NCBI GenBank assembly: GCA_036264035.1
Contig: DATART010000124.1
Span: 1-35,795, forward strand
Direction of reading: 5' to 3'
Length of the DNA: 35,795 nt
Origin: Thermoanaerobaculia bacterium
Lineage (GTDB): Bacteria > Acidobacteriota > Thermoanaerobaculia > Gp7-AA8
Shown: positions 31,177 to 35,795 of the stretch, piece by piece
Layout: every line of letters begins with the position of its first letter
How positions within the stretch are numbered: position 1 is the stretch's first letter
The notes under the pieces: generated by a model
The model's input: only the letters and a program-made list of their open reading frames with translations
Databases searched by the model: none
Told to the model about the DNA's origin: nothing
Program-made: the position numbers and the translations under genes

Positions 31177-31371
31177 TGTCATCCTGAGCCGCCGGAGGCG
31201 CGTAGCCGAAGGCGTAGCGCTGGAGGACGGCGAAGGATCCCCGGCTGGTAACAACGGGCGGTCGGCGGAAGTAAACCACCCCCTCCCGACCCTGGTTACC
31301 AGCCGGGGATCCTTCGACCGTCCTGCGCTGCTCCGGCTTCGCCTACGCAGCTCCGGCGGCTCAGGATGACA
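31177..31371. repeat. ~195-bp imperfect palindrome (REP/MITE-like), followed by a tandem GGATGACAGTC duplication (31364-31374 and 31376-31386)
   Basis: Left arm 31177-31252 versus the reverse complement of 31295-31371. The outer 21 nt (TGTCATCCTGAGCCGCCGGAG) and the inner 22 nt (CGAAGGATCCCCGGCTGGTAAC) are perfect; the middle is imperfect. 42-nt centre. Sits between convergent genes. Confidence 0.8.
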
Positions 31372-31388
31372 GTCGGGATGACAGTCAG

Positions 31389-32078
31389 TCAATCCGGATT
31401 CGTCGCCCACACCGACAGTTCCGTGATGAAGCCACGGTCGTCCATCTCGAGCATCGACAGTGCCGCATGCGCGATTTCGGTCGCGCGCAGTTTGCGCTCG
31501 CTCAGCGGACGTCCGCGGAAAAACTCCGTCTGTACTTCGCTGGGATTGATTTGCATGACGCGGATGTCGTGCTTGCGCAGCTCGGCGCGCCAGCACTCGG
31601 TCATGCCGGACAGCGCGAACTTGCTTGCGACGTACGCCGTGCCGCCGGCGAAGCCGCGAACGCCCGCGGACGAGGAGATGTTGATGATGTTGCCGCGCTT
31701 GCGGGTGATGAAATGATGCGCCGACTCGCGCGCCACGACCATCGCGCCGAAGACGTTCGTGGCCATGACGCGCTGCATCTCCGTGAGGTCGAGGTCGACG
31801 AGCGGACCGAAGGAGCCGAAGCCGGCGTTGTTGACGAGGACGTTGTAATCGGGAACGAGCTCGATCGTCTTCCGCACCAGCGCAACCGCGTCGGCTTCGA
31901 CGCTGACGTCCGCGCGAATGCCGTGCGCGTCGATCGTTTTCGCGGCAGCGATCGCCTTCTCCTCATCGCGTCCGCACAGTACGACTTCGGCGCCGCGTTC
32001 CTTGAGTTGTTTGGCGATTTCGAATCCGATTCCTGAACTGCCGCCGGTGACGAGCGCGCGAACGTCGGAGAGTTTCAT
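31389..32078 (-). CDS. short-chain dehydrogenase/reductase
   Basis: VTGGSSGIGFEIA, NNAG, SSSAG...YVASKFAL (Ser / YxxxK). 229 aa. Confidence 0.85.
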   Translation of the reverse strand: MKLSDVRALVTGGSSGIGFEIAKQLKERGAEVVLCGRDEEKAIAAAKTIDAHGIRADVSVEADAVALVRKTIELVPDYNVLVNNAGFGSFGPLVDLDLTEMQRVMATNVFGAMVVARESAHHFITRKRGNIINISSSAGVRGFAGGTAYVASKFALSGMTECWRAELRKHDIRVMQINPSEVQTEFFRGRPLSERKLRATEIAHAALSMLEMDDRGFITELSVWATNPD

Positions 32079-32094
32079 GCGCCGATTCTATGTC

Positions 32095-33672
32095 TCACCG
32101 GCAGCCGCGTCCTGCTTCGACGGGAGCGAACGCAGTCGGAAACAGCGCGTGTGCGGCGTGGGCATGTTCGCATCGTGCGCGGCCGCCCATGCGCGCGAGG
32201 CGCATCTGCACGCGGTAGTTGCCGGGGTCGATCTGCGCGGCGCGGATGAGTGAAGCGCGGTCGCTGTGCGTGGCGAAGATGTCCATCGCGACGATCTGTG
32301 ACGCACTTCGAACCACGCCGGCGATCGACATCAGGAGCACGGCGACGACGGCGAATCGCCACGACGTCCGCGGTGCCGCCTCCTCCGGAATCCATAAGGC
32401 GCCGAGCGCGCACCAGACCACGAATGCCGGAACGGCCAGCAGCAGCACGGCGTCGAAGGTTCCGGCAACCACGGCGCCGGCGATGACGCCGAGGAACGCG
32501 ACCGCGGCCAGCGCCTCCTGCGCGTCGAACGCGCGCCGCAGTTGCCGCAGGCCGGACCAGGTCAAGCGGAACAACGCCAGCGTGAGCAGAACGAACGCGG
32601 CGATGCCGCGCTCCGAAATACAGGCGAACAGATCGCTGCTCGGCCATGGATTCGCGGTCATCCCGCGATCGTTTGGATCGAGCGACGGATCGCGGCGCGC
32701 TGCGCGGACCGGATAGTCGACCGGCCAGTTTCCCGGCCCGGCGCCGAGGAAAGGATGACGGAGCGTCATCAGAAGCGAATAGCCGTACTGCACGAGCCGT
32801 CCGCGTCCGCTTCCCTCCGAATAGCCGGCAATGTTGCGCACCGAATCGAGATAGGGGTTGCTTCCATGCCAGTGCAGTGCGTTGGGAAGCACCAATGACA
32901 ACGCAACGCAGGCGGCGGAGAGCGCGACCACGCCGGCGATGCGTTTCCAGATCCCGCGATCGCGCCGTAGCGGCGCCGAGACGAGCATGGCCACGATCAC
33001 CACCAGCATGACCGCGGCGAATGCCAGCCACGCCGCGCGCGATCGCGTCAGCACGAGCGCGGCTACGACCAGCGCGGACGCGACGGCCCAGCGCAAGTAC
33101 GTCGCCCGCCGCGCCGCGCGCAACGTGCAAAGCAGCAGCAGGGGAAATCCGAACGCGGCGACATGCGCCACAAAATTGCGATTGCCGAGAGTGCCGCCCG
33201 GCGCGCGGTTCACGGAGAAAAAGTCGATATCGAGTCCGTACGTCTGCAGCAGCGAAGTTGCCGCCGCCGCGACCACTGCCAGCGCGAGCGCGCCGAGGAG
33301 CGGACGGGCCAGGCCGGCGTCGCGGAGCGTACGCGCGATCCAGAAAAGGAGCAGCGATGAAGCGCTCACGGCCAGCGCGCGAATCGCCAGCCAGCGATTT
33401 GTCGCGAACAGCGCGGAGAGCGCGCTCAGCGCAAAGTATCCGGCCAGCAACAGATCGACACGCGTCACGCTCATCCGCCACAACGCGCGGATCGCCAGCA
33501 GTCCCGCCAGCGCCGCCGCGAGATGCAGCGCCAACTCCTTCGGGATGAAAAATCGATCGAGCTCGAACGCGTGAAATGTCGTGACAGCGAGGATGACCGC
33601 GATTGCGCCAACCTGCACCACTCGCAAGGCGAGACTTCCGGCAGGCTTCGGCGCCACTTCGACAATGCTCAT
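32095..33672 (-). CDS. O-antigen ligase / Wzy_C-family polytopic membrane protein
   Basis: More than 10 hydrophobic spans. GTLGNRNFVAHVAAFGFPLLL and LTRSRAAWLAFAAVMLVVIV are typical of the Wzy_C family. Has a large loop ..HPFLGAGPGNWPVDYP... Confidence 0.65.
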   Translation of the reverse strand: MSIVEVAPKPAGSLALRVVQVGAIAVILAVTTFHAFELDRFFIPKELALHLAAALAGLLAIRALWRMSVTRVDLLLAGYFALSALSALFATNRWLAIRALAVSASSLLLFWIARTLRDAGLARPLLGALALAVVAAAATSLLQTYGLDIDFFSVNRAPGGTLGNRNFVAHVAAFGFPLLLLCTLRAARRATYLRWAVASALVVAALVLTRSRAAWLAFAAVMLVVIVAMLVSAPLRRDRGIWKRIAGVVALSAACVALSLVLPNALHWHGSNPYLDSVRNIAGYSEGSGRGRLVQYGYSLLMTLRHPFLGAGPGNWPVDYPVRAARRDPSLDPNDRGMTANPWPSSDLFACISERGIAAFVLLTLALFRLTWSGLRQLRRAFDAQEALAAVAFLGVIAGAVVAGTFDAVLLLAVPAFVVWCALGALWIPEEAAPRTSWRFAVVAVLLMSIAGVVRSASQIVAMDIFATHSDRASLIRAAQIDPGNYRVQMRLARMGGRARCEHAHAAHALFPTAFAPVEAGRGCR

Positions 33673-33688
33673 GACGCGCGATTGTCCG

Positions 33689-34792
33689 TCAGGTCTGCTT
33701 CTTCTGCCGCCGCCAGAAAAGAACCAGCGGAATGATCAGCGTCGTAAGAAGCCACTGCCAGTACGTCCCAAGAAACTGCGAGAAGGAACGGCCGGCGTTC
33801 GCGCTCACGTGCACGGGCCAGCGTTTCGCAACTCCCTTCACTTTTCCATCGATCTCGACGTACACGGTGGCCACCAGCTCGCGGTTGCCGCTCTCGAGCG
33901 GCGTGACCTGCCACGACCATTCCGTGTACGAGCCGCCGCCGATTATCTGTTCTTCGCTGGAGTTGCTCTGAATCGTAAAGCCGCTTCCTGCCAGCGTCGC
34001 GCGCATCGTCGGCGTCAGGTGAATCGTCGACGTGGACGTCTGACCGCCGGTGGGAAGATCGGAAGAAATCTCCGCGCTCTGATTCGCCGGTGCGATGCGC
34101 AGAACGAATGTTTGCGGCACTGCGACGCGCATCTCAGTCGGCGCGCTGATGAACAACACGCCTGGATTCAGCTCGCGAAATTTGCGATCGATCTCGCTCC
34201 AAAGCTGCCCTTCCGTCGTCGTCGTATCGTGGTGATGCTCGGTCGTCGTCGCGGTGCCGGTAGTTTCCGTAGCGCCGGTCGTCATCGCCGCGGTCTCGGA
34301 GCTCGTTGTCGTCAAACCGGTATCCGTCGTCGACGTCTGGCTCAGGATCACGTGAGGTTGCGGAGCCGGCGGCGGAGAAGGCTGAGGCAGTGGCAGCGGA
34401 AGGACGATATGCACCGGAGGACGCACCGCCATCTTCATGTGCGCCGACATTCGTTGCTTCATCGCCCCTTCCTCGGGCGTCCCTTTGATTGCTCCCTGCC
34501 GCTGCGACTCCCGCCATTCCGCGAACGCGTTCGACGTCTGATGCAACTCGTCGTACGCCAGGCCAAGCCAGTAATGCGGGAAGTAGCCCGGCCGCTCGTT
34601 GGGATCGAGCTTGATGGCCTGACGGAAATCTTCCGCGGCCAGATCCCATCGCTTCGCTTCCGCGGCGGCGATGCCGGCCTTGTAACTCTGCGCCGCCGTC
34701 TGCACGACCAGAACGCGCGGATCGACACGCAGTTGCGCCGAGCGCGTCTGAGCAAGAATCGCGAGCAGCGGGAGGACGAATCGCAATGCCAT
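33689..34792 (-). CDS. exported TPR-like protein with Pro-rich and Thr-rich linker and C-terminal TM anchor
   Basis: Start ATG 34792: MALRFVLPLLAILAQTRSAQ signal. TPR-like AAEDFRQAIKLDPNERPGYFPHYWLGLAYDEL. LPLPLPQPSPPPAPQP. TSTTDTGLTTTSSETAAMTTGATETTGTATTTEHHHDTTTTEG. C-terminal WQWLLTTLIIPLVLFWRRQKKQT. Confidence 0.65.
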   Translation of the reverse strand: MALRFVLPLLAILAQTRSAQLRVDPRVLVVQTAAQSYKAGIAAAEAKRWDLAAEDFRQAIKLDPNERPGYFPHYWLGLAYDELHQTSNAFAEWRESQRQGAIKGTPEEGAMKQRMSAHMKMAVRPPVHIVLPLPLPQPSPPPAPQPHVILSQTSTTDTGLTTTSSETAAMTTGATETTGTATTTEHHHDTTTTEGQLWSEIDRKFRELNPGVLFISAPTEMRVAVPQTFVLRIAPANQSAEISSDLPTGGQTSTSTIHLTPTMRATLAGSGFTIQSNSSEEQIIGGGSYTEWSWQVTPLESGNRELVATVYVEIDGKVKGVAKRWPVHVSANAGRSFSQFLGTYWQWLLTTLIIPLVLFWRRQKKQT

Positions 34793-34886
34793 ACCTGGGA
34801 GAGTATGAACCACGGCAGTTTCCTACCCTCGGAACTTAATCGCCAGCATTCGCGTCCCACCACCAAACCGACTGCTGGAGGCACGA

Positions 34887-35795
34887 ATGACCCGGAAGCT
34901 CTCGCCCGCGCTCTTCATCCTCGCCCTCATCGCCGCAAACGCGAACGCCGCCGACCTCGTTCGCATCGTTCGCTACAAGCTCTCCGCCGGCGATCTCGCC
35001 AGCGGGATGGCCGCGGTCGAGGATTACAAACGCGCCACCGGCGTCGACGCCGAGTATCTCGATGCGGTCGGCTGGCTGGCCCGCGGCGCCGAGATGCAGC
35101 ATCGTCCGGAATTGGCGAAGGAGTTTGTCACCGAACTGCGCCGCGAGATTCCCGCCGAGAAGCCCGAGATCGTCGTCCCCCTCGGCGCCGCGATCGAAGT
35201 GGAGGCGCGGCTGATCGCATCGCAGACCGGCCGCGGCGCGGCGATCCGCTTCCTCGAAGGCGAGCTTGCGCACGCGAATGCAGTCCCGCTCCGCGCGCGC
35301 ATCAACAAGAACATCAACCTCCTCTCGCTCGAAGGAAAACCGGCGCCGGCGCTCGATATGGCCAACGTCATCGGCGCGCCGGCACCGTCGCTGGCATCGC
35401 TGCGCGGCAAACCGGTGCTGATGTATTTCTTCGCCTGGGGCTGCGGCGACTGCAAAGCGCAGGCGCCGTCGCTCACGCGCGTCTGGCAAAAATACAAGTC
35501 GAGCGGACTGGCGCTGATCACCGCCACGCGCCTCTACGGATCGCTCGACGACAAGCCGGCCACGCCCGCCGACGAAACGGCGAAGATCGAGAGCGTCTGG
35601 AAGGACCTCTACGCCGGACTGGAAGGCGTCCCGGCGATCATCGACACGGAGACGATGGTCCGCTACGGCGTCTCCGCCACACCGACGTTCGTCCTGCTCG
35701 ACCGCAAAGGAATCGTGCGGCTTTACACGCCGACGCGCTTATCCGAAGCCGAGCTGTCGCGAAGGATTGATGAGGTGCTGGCCGAAGCGCCGTAG
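34887..35795 (+). CDS. TlpA-like thiol:disulfide oxidoreductase (thioredoxin fold) with N-terminal helical domain
   Basis: GGAGG SD. Signal MTRKLSPALFILALIAANANA. Thioredoxin-type KPVLMYFFAWGCGDCKAQAP (CxxC) ...YGVSATPTFVLLDRKG. TAG at 35793-35795. Confidence 0.75.
   Translation: MTRKLSPALFILALIAANANAADLVRIVRYKLSAGDLASGMAAVEDYKRATGVDAEYLDAVGWLARGAEMQHRPELAKEFVTELRREIPAEKPEIVVPLGAAIEVEARLIASQTGRGAAIRFLEGELAHANAVPLRARINKNINLLSLEGKPAPALDMANVIGAPAPSLASLRGKPVLMYFFAWGCGDCKAQAPSLTRVWQKYKSSGLALITATRLYGSLDDKPATPADETAKIESVWKDLYAGLEGVPAIIDTETMVRYGVSATPTFVLLDRKGIVRLYTPTRLSEAELSRRIDEVLAEAP

Noticed and set aside
33581-35770. 729-aa plus-strand ORF spanning most of the last 2 kb
   Set aside because: It has extreme Arg/Pro/His-rich, low-complexity composition with no motifs. 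It overlaps three ORFs that have clear domain signatures (Wzy_C, TPR/Thr-rich, TlpA-like). This is a typical GC-rich shadow ORF.

Overview
High-GC, gene-dense bacterial chromosomal segment with about 34 supportable protein-coding features. I saw no rRNA, tRNA, CRISPR array, transposase or integrase. The gene content suggests a soil Acidobacteria- or Verrucomicrobia-like organism, at low confidence: TonB receptor, many secreted TPR/Ig-like proteins, a GT39 glycosyltransferase, an ECF sigma factor and a GTCATCCTGAGC-type palindromic element. Left to right: (1) TonB-dependent receptor 3' part plus an MFS transporter. (2) A minus-strand operon of SDR, KASIII-like, alpha/beta-hydrolase, acyl-CoA/AMP ligase and TetR, with a perfect palindrome in its promoter region. 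(3) A secreted metzincin with two Ig-like repeats. (4) A decay zone where a 5'-truncated vapC (PIN toxin) remnant abuts head-to-head a 5'-truncated, frameshifted GAF-PAS sensor remnant. (5) A minus-strand operon of a ThuA-like protein, a small protein and a GT39 glycosyltransferase, divergent from a leaderless GH18-like gene. (6) The most interesting module: an ECF sigma factor translationally coupled to a 1053-aa anti-sigma(zf-HC2)-TM-TPR-CHAT (caspase-like protease) fusion, followed by a lower-GC orphan protein and a secreted DUF4097-like protein. (7) Housekeeping or accessory genes: PQQ sugar dehydrogenase, Lys-rich micro-ORF plus GNAT, MltF-like transglycosylase, MBL hydrolase, DeaD-like helicase, methyltransferase. 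(8) Envelope proteins of unknown function, a small membrane protein plus a CPXCG protein, and a ~195-bp palindromic REP/MITE-like element. (9) A minus-strand operon of a Thr/Pro-rich anchored protein, a Wzy_C/O-antigen-ligase-family protein and an SDR. (10) A TlpA-like thioredoxin protein. Many long ORFs in the supplied track are GC-driven shadow ORFs and were rejected. All family calls rest on by-eye motif recognition. No database search was run.
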